Origin: Takakia lepidozioides
Taxonomy: Eukaryota > Plantae > Bryophyta
NCBI GenBank assembly: GCA_030704615.1
Contig: CM060731.1
Coordinates: 35,030,001 to 35,094,000 of the forward strand
Reading direction: 5' to 3'
DNA: 64,000 bases
In this document: piece after piece, positions 12,937 to 24,357 of the stretch
How the letters are laid out: each line of letters begins with the position of its first letter
How positions within the stretch are numbered: position 1 is the stretch's first letter
Made by a program: the position numbers and the translations under genes
Notes under the pieces: generated by a model
Seen by the model: only the letters and a program-made list of their open reading frames with translations
Told to the model about the DNA's origin: nothing
The model's database searches: none

Positions 12937-15900
12937 ATGAAGTCGTGCTTTTCTCTGGCTGTCTCCTTAAGCTTTCTACTATTGTTATCTCTAGCTCATA
13001 CCGCTACCTGCATTCGGTTATATGCAGACACCGTATCATCAGAAGGGCGTACTATTGAAACAGATGTTCTAGTAAATGTCAGCAGCAATCAACCACCTTC
13101 ATCAGATATTATTGATAGGTCTTCTTTTTTCCCGTGGATTTTTGCACGACTAGATTCTAGTAGATTCAAAGTAAATACAGGTTCATGGATGCACTTGTTT
13201 CGACGACCAGACTCCAAGTTGGAAACAACATTCAATGTTAGAGACTATGGAGCTGTAGGCGATGGCTCGATTGATGATACAGAGGTACACTCCTAGTACG
13301 CTCATATATTATCCTCTTTCAATAACGTTAAGAATGTAAGTATGTTGGGTTCCTGAATTGGACTTTGAAAAACTCATATTGTCCATATCCAGCTTGTTAA
13401 TCTTGCGTAGATGATTTTTAAGTTGTATCTATGTAATGATATGTCACTGCACAATTTGGTCATGGTTTTCAGCTTATATAAACTGAGGGAGACTTTGGGC
13501 TCACTTTGGGTTTACTATATATTGTAGGCTTTCAAGAGTACATGGACTGCTGCATGTAAGGCTGGTTCCACCATGGAGGTTTCTGCAGGCTCTACGTATC
13601 TTGTAGATGCAATTACATTCCAAGGTCCTTGCTCCTCAGGTCTCATCCTTCAGGTATGCTCAGATCTACAACCTGCAAAACATTGAAAACAATTTATTAA
13701 TTTATTGCTTAACACCAAATTTTGTTTTCTTAAAAAAACATTGACTCACATTATTTACATTTTGTTTTACTTACATTTACATTTCATAGTTACAATTTTT
13801 TCAATCATTATTGCCTGCATAATTACGAAATGATGTGGAAGATTAAATTTCAAAATATGTATAACTTTGAATAACGCATAATTTCTCTTTTTTCTTTTTT
13901 CTAAAGGCAAACGCCCAGGACTTAGCGACCGCTTACCCCTTAATTACAGTGAGATGAGAAAATAGCCTCTTCCATAGTAGTGTTGTAGTAACTTGGCCAT
14001 GAGGCGTTAAACTTTGTCCTTTAATATTAGAAAAGTTGGATCCTTCGGTATGTATATTACGATTAATTTTTCACATTTGATTTCAAGAGGACCCACCAGA
14101 AAAACAAACAAAACAAAACAAAACACACACACACACACACACACACCAAGTTGAAGCTAAATTTGTGCTTATTGACTTGATATAGGTTGATGGAAATGTA
14201 GTGGCACCACCAAAATCCAGGAGTCATATGATGCTTGATTGGATACTTTTCGACCAAGTTTCAGTTTCTGTCCAAGGGGTGGGTTCATTTGATGGAAATG
14301 GGGGAAGTTGGTGGTCTGAGGTAGAGTCGGGCAACAAACCCACTGTGAGTTTACACAATGAAGGTTCACTACACAGCTGTTTAAATTTGGAATAGTATAT
14401 GGATCACCTTTTGTATTTATTCAAAGGCCAATCTTGGATACATCAATGTCTTGATCTCCTATAAACACATCATGTGCAACATAGATCTAAATGATGAAAA
14501 CATTGAAAACATTAGCATGAAAATAATGATATTTAAGAAGAAATGTTTGCCTCACAATATTTTTCATATGAATCATATTTATTTTTTATTACTTAATAAT
14601 TAAAATATTAATACTTTTTAAAACATTAAAATATATATTGGAAACTAGGCAATCTTGCATTTAATCATTGAGTCTGAGAGAGTTTATAATAAGGAGTCAT
14701 TGTATTCTCTATGATCATTCACAGTTGATGAGATTTCGGCAAAGCAACTCAATATCAGTCCATGGGATCAGCTTAAAAAATAGTCCCCAAATACAGCTCA
14801 AGTTCGACACATGCAATGGAGTCAATGTGCAAGACGTCAAAATTACAGCTCCCGGTTCCAGTCCCAACACAGACGGAATAAGTGTGTCAAAAACTCAAAA
14901 CGTTGAGTTGGGACCCTCAACTATTGCAACAGGTTGGTACTACTATCCACTCTAAAAGCTCCACATCATTGATATATTTATTTAGTTACTTTTATTGCTA
15001 TGTAATCTTAGTTTAATTTTATGAAATGATAGCAATTAGAAAGCCACTAAATTTATATAGGAGAATCTCTACACTAGAATACAATTATTAAGTTATTTTA
15101 TTTTATTTTATTTTAAAAAAGTTCTCTTGTCAAGCTTTATTTCAACCACTAGCTAAAAGTGTTGTACAACCATGTTTGTGTCCTCGAAGGTGATGACTGC
15201 ATCTCTATTCAAAGTGGCTCTGCTCATCTCAACATTCATGATATTCAATGCGGGCCCGGACATGGGATCAGGTATTTGTTTCTTTTCCACATGTCTTATT
15301 GTAGATATTATTTTCACCTAATAGCTTTTTGCAATGGATTTTCATGTGGATTTAACAAGGGCTAAGTTCTACTCCCATTTCAAAAACCAAATTAAATTGT
15401 GAAATCAGATAGTTTGAATTTTTACTTTAAAATTACATGTATGTAGCAATACGAAATGACCTCATACCAAAATAAAAATGTGCGTACCCTAACTTGGGGT
15501 TACTCTGAACGAGGTTATTTTTTCCTCTCACTGTAATTAAGGGGCCTGATTTGTGAGCCGTCACTCCAGGTGTTTCCTTTTAATAAAAAAATTATTTCAA
15601 AAAAACATTGTGCCAAATGTAAGGTCCAAATGTTGAGACTGATTTTATGCGGGTTGATGTTGCAGTATAGGAGGCCTTGGGAAGGACCATTCATTTGCAA
15701 GTGTTTCTGACGTCCGTGTGAATACTGTCACTTTTCAAAACACACAAAATGGCATACGCATTAAGACTTGGCAGGTAAGTTATTAAGTTTATATGCTTGA
15801 GCTTACTTCACATCTCATAGCTTCAATTATTCTCTCTAGATGTAATGGAGAGTTCTTATTAAAAATTGCAAGATTGGACCAAGAATGTATTCAGTTTTGT

Positions 15901-16717
15901 CAGACAAACTTGGCTTACCATATGATTGAAGATTTTATGATGAAGCTTGACTCATATGAGGGTGTGGTTTTGTTCAGGGAGGAGATGGAACGGTGTCAGG
16001 AGTATCATTCGAGAACATTCATTTGGACAACACTGCGAATCCTGTTATAATTGACCAATACTACTGCAATGGCACACACAATTGTGGCAACAGTGTATGT
16101 ACTATGCATTCAAATATCACGTTTCATTTTCTTTATTGTGGTAGAAACATATATCCAACATTCAACTGTAATCTAAATCTAAATTAGTTGAGATGGATAA
16201 ATGTTAATAAGTTATGATGTCATGATTCCCATGATGTTTGAATTTACACATCTACAACTAAATAATTATTTTCATACAATTTGGGGGAGAAAAAAGACAA
16301 ATACGCATGTCTGCACTTATAGCAAATCTTTGTTCAATGAAACAAAAAATAGCCATTATGATTATAGAAAATCTTGAAAAGAATAAAAATAATCTATTTG
16401 TAGCAAGGACGTCATCTATCTTTTATGCGGTATCTCCAACTACTTGGTCTGTATCTATTATTTAATTTAAAGTTTTTGTCGTAATGCAGTCTCGGGCAGT
16501 TCAAGTAAAGGATATTACCTACTCCAATATTTCTGGAACATCGGCGGATAAGGTTGCTTTGAAGTTTCAATGTAGCGACTCTGTTGCATGTACCAATATT
16601 CAGCTGTCCGCCATTGACATTTCCTACGGCTCAAGCAGTGCAGAATCAGTTTGCTGGAATGCGTTTGGCTCGCATAGTATCGAGAGCATCATGATACCTG
16701 CCTCTTGCTTACATTAG
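12937..16717 (+). CDS. Secreted polygalacturonase (GH28), 8 exons, ~458 aa
   Basis: Exons 12937-13284, 13528-13653, 14186-14344, 14725-14932, 15190-15271, 15666-15774, 15978-16094 and 16490-16717 (1377 nt, in frame). Signal peptide, FNVRDYGAVGDG, and all four GH28 motifs: SPNTDG, GDDC, CGPGHGISIG, RIKTW. Confidence 0.95.
13905..13980 (-). mobile_element. SINE family A 3' fragment in polygalacturonase intron 2
   Basis: The reverse complement CTACTATGGAAGAGGCTATTTTCTCATCTCACTGTAATTAAGGGG matches the family A 3' region. Confidence 0.65.
14100..14146. repeat. Compound (AAAAC)n(AC)n microsatellite in polygalacturonase intron 2
   Basis: Directly visible in the sequence. Confidence 0.9.
15497..15580 (+). 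mobile_element. SINE family A 3' fragment in polygalacturonase intron 5
   Basis: GGTTACTCTGAACGAGGTTATTTTTTCCTCTCACTGTAATTAAGGGGCCTGATTTGTGAGCC...GGTGTTTCC followed by an A-rich tail. Confidence 0.72.
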
Positions 16718-16974
16718 AAACTAAACCACACAAAATTTATGGACATCACAACCGCATCATGTGACTCAGAGGCCGCTAAGAACAAAAAGAAGGACGGATG
16801 GTCAAGTATACATGAGAGAGGGAGGGAGAGAGGACTCATGCCATAGCCGGCATGATTGAGAGCCACCTCACCTTGCGCTACTATATGCATGAATTTGCAT
16901 CTTCTAGCTGCATCACCATTTTGTTTTTTTAAATTTTTTTGTTACGGCGAAAAAAAGAGTATGATGCCTCTTGA

Positions 16975-17114
16975 AGGAAATGTAATATGATGTCTCTCTA
17001 CCGTCGAGGGCTATATCGGGTAGATACCTTTATGACAACAATTGGTGGATTGAGTCCACAACCACTTTTGAGGTTGTATGTGCTCATTACCATTGGGCTA
17101 CATCTTGGTTGTCC
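16975..17114 (-). mobile_element. SINE family B copy
   Basis: Shares CCATTGGGCTACAT...GGTTGTC and CCACAACCAC blocks with 21380-21534. Confidence 0.7.
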
Positions 17115-17872
17115 ATTGCAGCCATATTATAGTGTAGGGAAAATGTTGCGTCTACTCTACTAGGGCTACGCGTTGCTCCGCATTATAGTCACGACTTTTG
17201 AGAACAATGTTTTGTTTGATTCGAAATGGTTTTTTTCGAAAAACAGATGTAGGAACTAGGAACAATGTAAGAACTTAACATGCGACTCTACTTTTGTTGG
17301 ACTCAGGTTGCGTTGGCTCCTGAGGTTGGGTAACACGTGAGCACATGGGAATACTTTACATATTCCTAAGATGCCTTAAAATATTCTCCAGTGAAATGAT
17401 AATATGCGAAACTCAAGAATTTGCGAAAGTATTTCAATTTTTCATATAAGCACTAAGCGCAATACAAAAAAGAACAAGTAACCCCTATACATGATAAATA
17501 TTATGACGTGGATTTTACATTACATATGTGGGATTGTTGGGATTTGGTATAAAAAGTTTGGATTCAAGCTATATCACTAAGGGTTTCTCAATGCAAAACC
17601 TGCCGCTGCGCAAGTTTCTGGCTATATCACCAATGGTTTCTCAATGCGAAACCCCTAGGTGCCATTGCTATAGGTTTAGGGTTGTTGGCTCTACTACTCA
17701 AGGTTTCGTCTTGCAAAATTTTGGTTGAATTAGGGTTGAATTATGGTGTATTTTGTTCTTTGAACCACAAATAATAGTTTAACATTAAAGTGTTTCTCTT
17801 AGTATGTAATATGTTCATTGTTTTGGTTTACAGTTGATTATTTTGAGTGTATTGAATGTTTATAAATATATA

Positions 17873-18139
17873 ACCACTTGTAGCTCAGTTGGATAGAGCA
17901 CTGAGTGCCACCCAGGTGATTTTGGGTTCAAATCTTGCTACCTGCTCCCTAGAATTTTTCAAAGTGCTAGGTGTCGGGTATGGTATACTCTTCCCTTGGG
18001 TGGTGTCCCTAGAGCCTTGCGCTTGGCGCCTCATGGCGAGGTTACTATGAAAGAGGTTATTTTCTCCTCTCACCACATTTTAAGGTGTCTGATTTGTGAG
18101 CAGTCGCTCTCGGGTATTTCCCTATATATATATATATAT
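17873..18139 (+). mobile_element. tRNA-derived SINE family A, near-complete copy
   Basis: A-box TAGCTCAGTTGG (~17881), B-box GGTTCAAATC (~17925), a body, and a 3' region GGTTACTATGAAAGAGGTTATTTTCTCCTCTCAC...GATTTGTGAGC...GGTATTTCCCT ending in (TA)n. The 3' part recurs at ~925-1020 (+), ~13905-13980 (-) and ~15497-15580 (+). The head recurs at ~25785-25860. Confidence 0.82.
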
Positions 18140-18196
18140 CAGGTAATTTATTGTATTGCTGCGATTGTACCCTATAAACTATAAATGCGTCGTGTC

Positions 18197-20134
18197 CAGT
18201 GTTGTGCGGGTATGTCATATACCGAGGTATACCCGCCGGTATATCAGGGTATAATCGATATTTAACTATAATTGGACCGGACGGCCGCCATTAGAATATA
18301 ACCGCAAGATAATTAATAAGTAATTATCCTTACCCTATACATAACCGGAGTGTTAGGGTGTGGATATACCCTGCCCCAAAGGTGCGTGTAAGAGTTAGCT
18401 CAAAGGGTATATCCCTGGCGAGTAAATCATTATCCCACCTTGACCCTTTCTCAATTGGTTTGAGCCTTGCTCCAACCGTGCTATAGGTGATTCACTCAAC
18501 TACCTCACTTGATAATTGATGGGCCCACCGCTCTACGCCCAAACCTCTTGTAGCGCTTCCAAAATAACTTATGCTCCACCCATGTCTTCTACAAATGTGC
18601 ATGGTTTACATGGGCTGAATTTCGTTGGGCTGCCTCCGTGAGTGTTGGGTTTCTCCCTTCTGGTTTCTTAATTTTTCGGATTCTAAATGTGTAAATGATT
18701 AGAAGCCAAGAAGTAGAGACAGAGGTTTTGGGTTTAAGGAACAAGTACATGCATTCAGGAAACTGTGGATTGCCGATCTTATTTTCACATACAAACCGAC
18801 CCCCTCTAAAACTTGTTGTTTGGATCTGAAATTTGATGTGAGTGTCCTGCAGGTGCCCTCCATTCAGAATGTGGAGGGCATTCCCACAGGAAAAAACAAA
18901 AACATTGGGCAAATCCTTGGTCAAAGGAGAATATGCAAGGTGAAATGTGATGGACTTGAAATAACAACAATACAATTATTTTATAATATAACAATTGGAA
19001 CGGTCAAAAACTCTATAATTTTGTAGGTAGGATGCAAGTTGTAAGGTTCATTTCCCTGGATGTGTTGGGGCCAGGAGATATGCCCTCATCCATGAAGGTA
19101 TATATGTTTTGGGGGTGGCCCACCAAAAATAGTTGGGCCTTTAACCCTAGAGGAGGAGGCTGTATTTGGTGGGCCCACTCCAAAACAGAACATATCCTCA
19201 CGGATGAGAGTATATCTCTTAGCAAACAAACATCCACAAGAATGAACCGTATGAAAGGCAGGCTACCTACTTCATCCACCTTCTGTAAAAATTGCGGATC
19301 ATTTAACTGTGTCATTAGGAAGATTATAACAAAATCCCAAGCCAAAATGCGTAGTATACTCCAATTTGAGAGTGAAAAAATGGTTTGATTTTTCCTTGCT
19401 ACACCCCACCCACATTCCAATTATGAGGCACCTAAATGTTGCCCCAAAATTTCAGAGCAGAATTCCAAAATCTGGATAAGGTTGCTTTGTATGGAAACTT
19501 CAGGGGAATAAAAAACACCATAAAGAAGAATTGACCTATAATTCAGCCTTAGGGTGTCCAAATCTGCATTGGAACCACAATTGCTATGGTGGAATTGTTC
19601 CTTGAATGATTTCCTACTACCTCCAAAAAGAATTCATCATTCTAACTAATGTGTAGGCAGAGATTTCAATTTATGTGAATTCCTACTTGAATCCCAGCAC
19701 AGGCGAAGTATCGCTTGAGCCTGTAGAGAATTCCGGCCAAAAAAAAAAGGGCCACATCATCAAAATCGATGAACTCACAAGGCTGTTTCGTTTTTTGTGG
19801 GCCCCCGCTAACGCCCGTCGCCGGCAAATGCCGAGAGCCCAGCCCCGTTTGCCTGCCACGTGGTAAAGTCAACTCTGCTGGAGGTCCCCAAACCATCGAA
19901 ATTTGGGTACCCCTGGGCACTCCAAAAATTCATGACGGCAGTCCTTTAGGTTTTTTACGGTGCCATCAACGAGGGGGGTCCAGAACTTAATGAGCTACAT
20001 TTTCCATTCAGGGCTCGATTTCATCTAGCTTCATCTACAGATTTTTCATCCATTCGAAATTTTGACGCGACCCGTTTCGGGTCACGTTGTCCTTTAGGGG
20101 TTAAAGGCTAAAACTATATACCCGCACAACACTG
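18197..20134. mobile_element. Non-autonomous hAT-superfamily DNA transposon (1938 bp)
   Basis: Perfect 17-bp TIR CAGTGTTGTGCGGGTAT / ATACCCGCACAACACTG and perfect 8-bp TSD GTCGTGTC at 18189-18196 and 20135-20142. No transposase ORF is recognisable inside. Confidence 0.9.
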
Positions 20135-20873
20135 GTCGTGTCTCTATATCCGCTAATGGTTTTTTTTTCTCTTGTTTTGTAAACATGTAGCTCATGTAAC
20201 CGAGGTTTAAGAACATAAAAACCCCATGACCGTGGGTTGTGTTGGTCATGCTGTGCTCGAAAGGCCTCACGTGCTCGAAAGGCCTCATAGCAATGCCTAA
20301 TGTTGTGCGTGTCGCGGGGCGAGCCAGGTAACGCCCTACCGGGCTCGCCCTGCGTCGTACAAAGCATTAGGCGCTGCTGCTCGACCATTCCAGGGTATGT
20401 AACGCACTTTTAAAATTTATTCCTTTGTTATCTGACCTACCGTAGGACACGGAACCTACACTCGTTCAACGGAGGACCCTTCCACACAACATAAAGACTT
20501 GGCAAGAATTTCTTAGTTAGAGAACTTGAGAAGATGGTTGGATTTTCCCACGAGGGTCTATCGCTCAGTGCGGGGCCCTCATTTCAGGAAGGCCTCCTCC
20601 CTGGGGTCTCACCCTTTACTTAAAAAACCCGTTCGCTTATTTCCACTGTATTTAGAGCAACCTTATGACCTTGAAGGGTCTAGAACATGGAACCATTGTG
20701 TTCGACCATGTTGCCAAAAGGAGAAGGTGGAGTGCACTCCTGTCTGTTTGAGAAGTTGACAGGTCTTTATACCATTTGGCCTCGGATTGTAGCCCATGTT
20801 GGTTTAAAAGCACAAACCCGGAGCCCGAAGAGTTTTCACTGGAGAGTATATCCTCAGAGTCATGTGTTTGCAC

Positions 20874-21349
20874 CAGTGTTGTGCAGGTTGTGCCTTTTTA
20901 AGGAACTCGCCGGGTCCGGGTCCGGGTAGTTTTTTGGAGCCTACTCCGGGTCCGGATCTGGGTTTTTGAAATTTGGAAAATCCGGATCCGGGTTCGGGTC
21001 CAGGTTTTTGAACACGGAGTCGGGTCCGTGTCTGGGTAGTTGCTGGAAAAAATTGACAGGTTCAGGGTTCGGATCCGGGTCCTGTTTAATTGATTAAATA
21101 AACTAGAAAAATGAGATTAATTAAAAAATAATTGTTTTTCTGTCATATTTAAAGCTATACTAGCCCACGGGTAGCGGGTTTAACGGGTTCTGGACCTAGA
21201 AAGCGGGTTCGGCTCCAAGTTCATTTCAGAAATAAGCTGGGTCCGGGGTCAGGTTTTTTGAGATTACTCGGGTCGAGGTACGGATCTGGGTAACCTGGAC
21301 CCGGACCCACCGGATACCCGGGGCCAAAACCCGGACCCGCACAACACTG
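20874..21349. mobile_element. hAT-type MITE (476 bp)
   Basis: TIR CAGTGTTGTGC(A/G)GGT shared with the 18197-20134 element. 8-bp TSD GTTTGCAC/GTTTGCAA. The interior is packed with CCGGGTCCGGGT / ACCCGGACCC subterminal motifs. Confidence 0.88.
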
Positions 21350-21379
21350 GTTTGCAAAAAGAAAATAGATTCCTTCCGA

Positions 21380-21534
21380 AGGGAGCGTAAATTATGGTGT
21401 CTCTTCACCACAAGGGCTACTACCTTCCAACTGAAAGGTGGACACCTTCATGACACACCAGACCGTGGTTTGCACCCACAACCACATCCAACGTGGTATG
21501 TGCCCATTACCATTGGGCTACATGATGGTTGTCT
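21380..21534 (-). mobile_element. tRNA-derived SINE family B
   Basis: The minus strand reads GACAACC...TAGCCCAATGGTAA (A-box)...GGTGCAAACC (B-box-like)...AAGGTGTCCACCTTTCAGTTGGAAGGTAG...CACCATAATTTACGCTCCC. Related copies lie at ~16975-17114 (-), ~23230-23370 (-), ~436-500 (-, 3' part) and ~40483-40585 (+, internally deleted). Confidence 0.75.
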
Positions 21535-22278
21535 TGGTTTGCACATAGGATGGGAGTTGAATGCGCATGTGGGAGGCTAAGCATATGGTCTGGAGACACC
21601 TCTCCCGGACCGGTCAAATCCCCCACGCCTGTTCTGTCCGACGCCGCCCTCCACCTTGTTCCCAGTTCCTTGTTCCTGGTCATGCTCCCCTCCTCCCATA
21701 AAGACTAAAGACCCGGCCATGATTTCTTAGTTAGAGAGGATGACACCTTAAGGGGAGGATTTTCCCGCCAGGTGAGGATGGCACCTTACGCCGCGTAAGG
21801 TTCCTGCTCTTGTGAGCCGCCCGACCCAAGAAATCTCAGCCATCAAATCCTTGTTGTTTCTCTACATAGGGTGATACCTACACGTGAAGAATTTCTAATA
21901 ATTTTTGTTTGTTAATATCTGTCCGTTAATATTCGTAATGTCCCGCCTGAGCCGCCAGTGCAATATAGTGTCCATAATGCACTGGTTATCCAAATCTGCC
22001 GATTATGTCAGTTGTAATGCACACCTCTCTGTTCTTCTTTTTCTTTTAGGATCTTATCTTTTACTTAAGTCATAGTTTTTCTTTACGCCATTTGCTGCAT
22101 CAGAAAATTATCTTAGTTTCTTTCCTTTGTGCATTCCACTCTTTGACTGGTTGTTTTGGTCTTCAATTAGTTGCAAGGCCCGCAGTATTACATGCTACAT
22201 AAGGTGGCACCCCTCAAATCAACAGAATCTATACTGCAAGTTTGAACAATATGCCAATAGGATGTATATTGCAATTTC

Positions 22279-22390
22279 GGGCAATGTGTTGAGATGAATA
22301 CCCACAATCCGATTGCAATGTGCAATCCAATCTAGGGCAACGTGCTGAAATGAATAGACACAATCTGATTGCAATGTGCAATCCAATCTA
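22279..22390. repeat. ~56-bp tandem duplication
   Basis: GGGCAA..TG.TGA.ATGAATA..CACAATC.GATTGCAATGTGCAATCCAATCTA occurs twice. Confidence 0.8.
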
Positions 22391-22515
22391 TGTACAATAA
22401 TTTGGTAATATGTGCCAGTCTAATTCGCATTGTCAAGAATTCTCATTGTCAAGTTGGTCTTTGCATGCGAAAGCAGCTCTAAGCAACTTGACAGCTTCTA
22501 CATCAGATGATAGAT

Positions 22516-23200
22516 TCAAAATGATCGTACAATTATGAAGATTTGAGAAATTGTGCCCAACATGCGTGTTAGAAGACGATGGAAAATGACGAAGCATAGA
22601 AGCATCACTTGAAACCAGCTCTTGCTCAGCTTGTACAAAAAGTGAATCAGGAATATTGAGATACTCATCAACGTTTCCTTGTCAACAACCCGCCTAATCG
22701 CCATGCTCTTGTTGGTTCCATGAACCTCAGTAGGCACCGTATTGCTTGAAATGTGACCAAGAACTTCTCGAGGTAGATCAACGCTAGTAGTTGCTGAACC
22801 ATGTATAGCACCATATTTGTGAACCTCCTCTCCGTGTGCATCTAAAAATGAGATAGGTTTGCCATTACACAACTCACGTGATATAACTCTCTGTGTAGCG
22901 CATTCCGTCAACATACTATTCACTCGAGAGTACTTTTTGTAACTCTCTTGACCCATGTGCCCTGTAATGGCCGTGCCAATGCGTGGTTGCACATATCTTT
23001 CGAGCATCCGTGTAATTCCGGTACTCCTTCCTGATTTGTTGCTTGGTATCCAAACGTTTATTCAGTTTATTGGCCTTGCCTTCTTAAAGGCAGGACTGCG
23101 CAACAGGTTTAGGAATCGCAAGGGTTTTCTTAACAAACCATTCATCGTAGGATTTATGGATAAAATATTAAGTAATGGATGATTGTGGTGCATGTTTTAT
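22516..23200 (-). pseudogene. Tyrosine recombinase (Crypton/DUF3504-like) C-terminal catalytic region, decayed
   Basis: Extending ORF 22516-23007 upstream in frame gives SNKSGRSTGITRMLERYVQPRIGTAITGHMGQESYKKYSR (box II xxxR...TGH...Y). There is an in-frame TGA at 23062-23064, and FYL / EWFVKK(P)L-like residues further upstream across a frameshift. Confidence 0.72.
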
Positions 23201-23229
23201 AGGTAGAATAATAATATGTGACGCCTCGT

Positions 23230-23370
23230 GAGGAAGTGTAAATTATGGTGTCTCTTCATGCCGAACTGCCTTCCGGCAAGAAGGTGGCACCTTTGTGATA
23301 CCAATTGGTGGATTGAACCCACAACCACTTCCAAGGTATGTGCCAATTTATCAATGGACTACAACTTGAT
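23230..23370 (-). mobile_element. SINE family B copy
   Basis: GTAAATTATGGTGTCTCTTCA...AAGGTGGCACCTT...TTGAACCCACAACCAC matches 21380-21534. Confidence 0.72.
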
Positions 23371-24357
23371 TTTTTTAATAGGTAGACAATCTATAGAGAC
23401 ACTTAGCTCTTGGTGGAGATAATGCATTGGTGATCTAATGCACTTAATGCCCTGTGGTGTGTTGCAAAATCTCGCAGAGTGACCTAACATTGACAGAATT
23501 GCTTGTCCAAATGTGTGCATCGAGCTAGTGTGGAGAGAGCAGCAGTTCATTGACATACTTTTTGGTATAAAAAGTGAGCATTTGGCTTCAAAGCACCTTT
23601 GGACTAACAGATCACACCTCACTAAACCAAGTCTCATCTAGCCTAGCTGCATTGATGGGCCATCATTTATTGGGAGTCGGGCACACTTGAGTGGAACAAG
23701 AAATGATCAATTGGCTACACAAATGTAAATCTCTCTCCTCCTTAGACAGCTGATTATACCATTCAAATTGCAGTCATAGGTTGTTGATAGCTTTCCTTAG
23801 ATCTTCCTTTTTTCACATCAATCCAGGTTGATGCACCTATCAATATGTGGTCAGCACCTCAAGTCTAAATATGTCATCGTCTGGAGTTTTGGCAGTCTTG
23901 AACTGAGTATGACTTTGATGAATAAAGCATGTCTTCAAGGAGGCTTTTGTTCTCCAGCCTCAATACTACAGTTTCTCTCTAGTATGCCCGAGAATGCAAA
24001 GGCCGGAGGCATGTTGAGGATGCTGCCCCTGGCATTATGGGGGTGTTCCTTGGTAATAATATTTTCACTATATGTTCCAAGATGTTGAAAGCAACTAGGC
24101 AAACCTGCATTATAGCTGGAAAGAACCAATCATCCTGTTTGCAATGGAAGTGTAGTACTGCTGATCACGGTTTTGAAGCATTATAAGCTTTGGAGCAATG
24201 CGGGCAATCAAATGAATTCACTGGACAACTGCTTGTCGCACACCAAGTATTCAAGGAATCACAAAATGGTCGGAAGGATTCATACGGTTCACTCTGAATC
24301 CATGCACTAACCACAGGCTGCACCTAACCAATCTCAAATTGGAACAATACAGAGAAT

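Noticed and set aside
17873-17950. tRNA gene
   Set aside because: A/B boxes are present but there is no convincing cloverleaf or acceptor stem, and it continues into a dispersed repeat body, so it is a SINE head.
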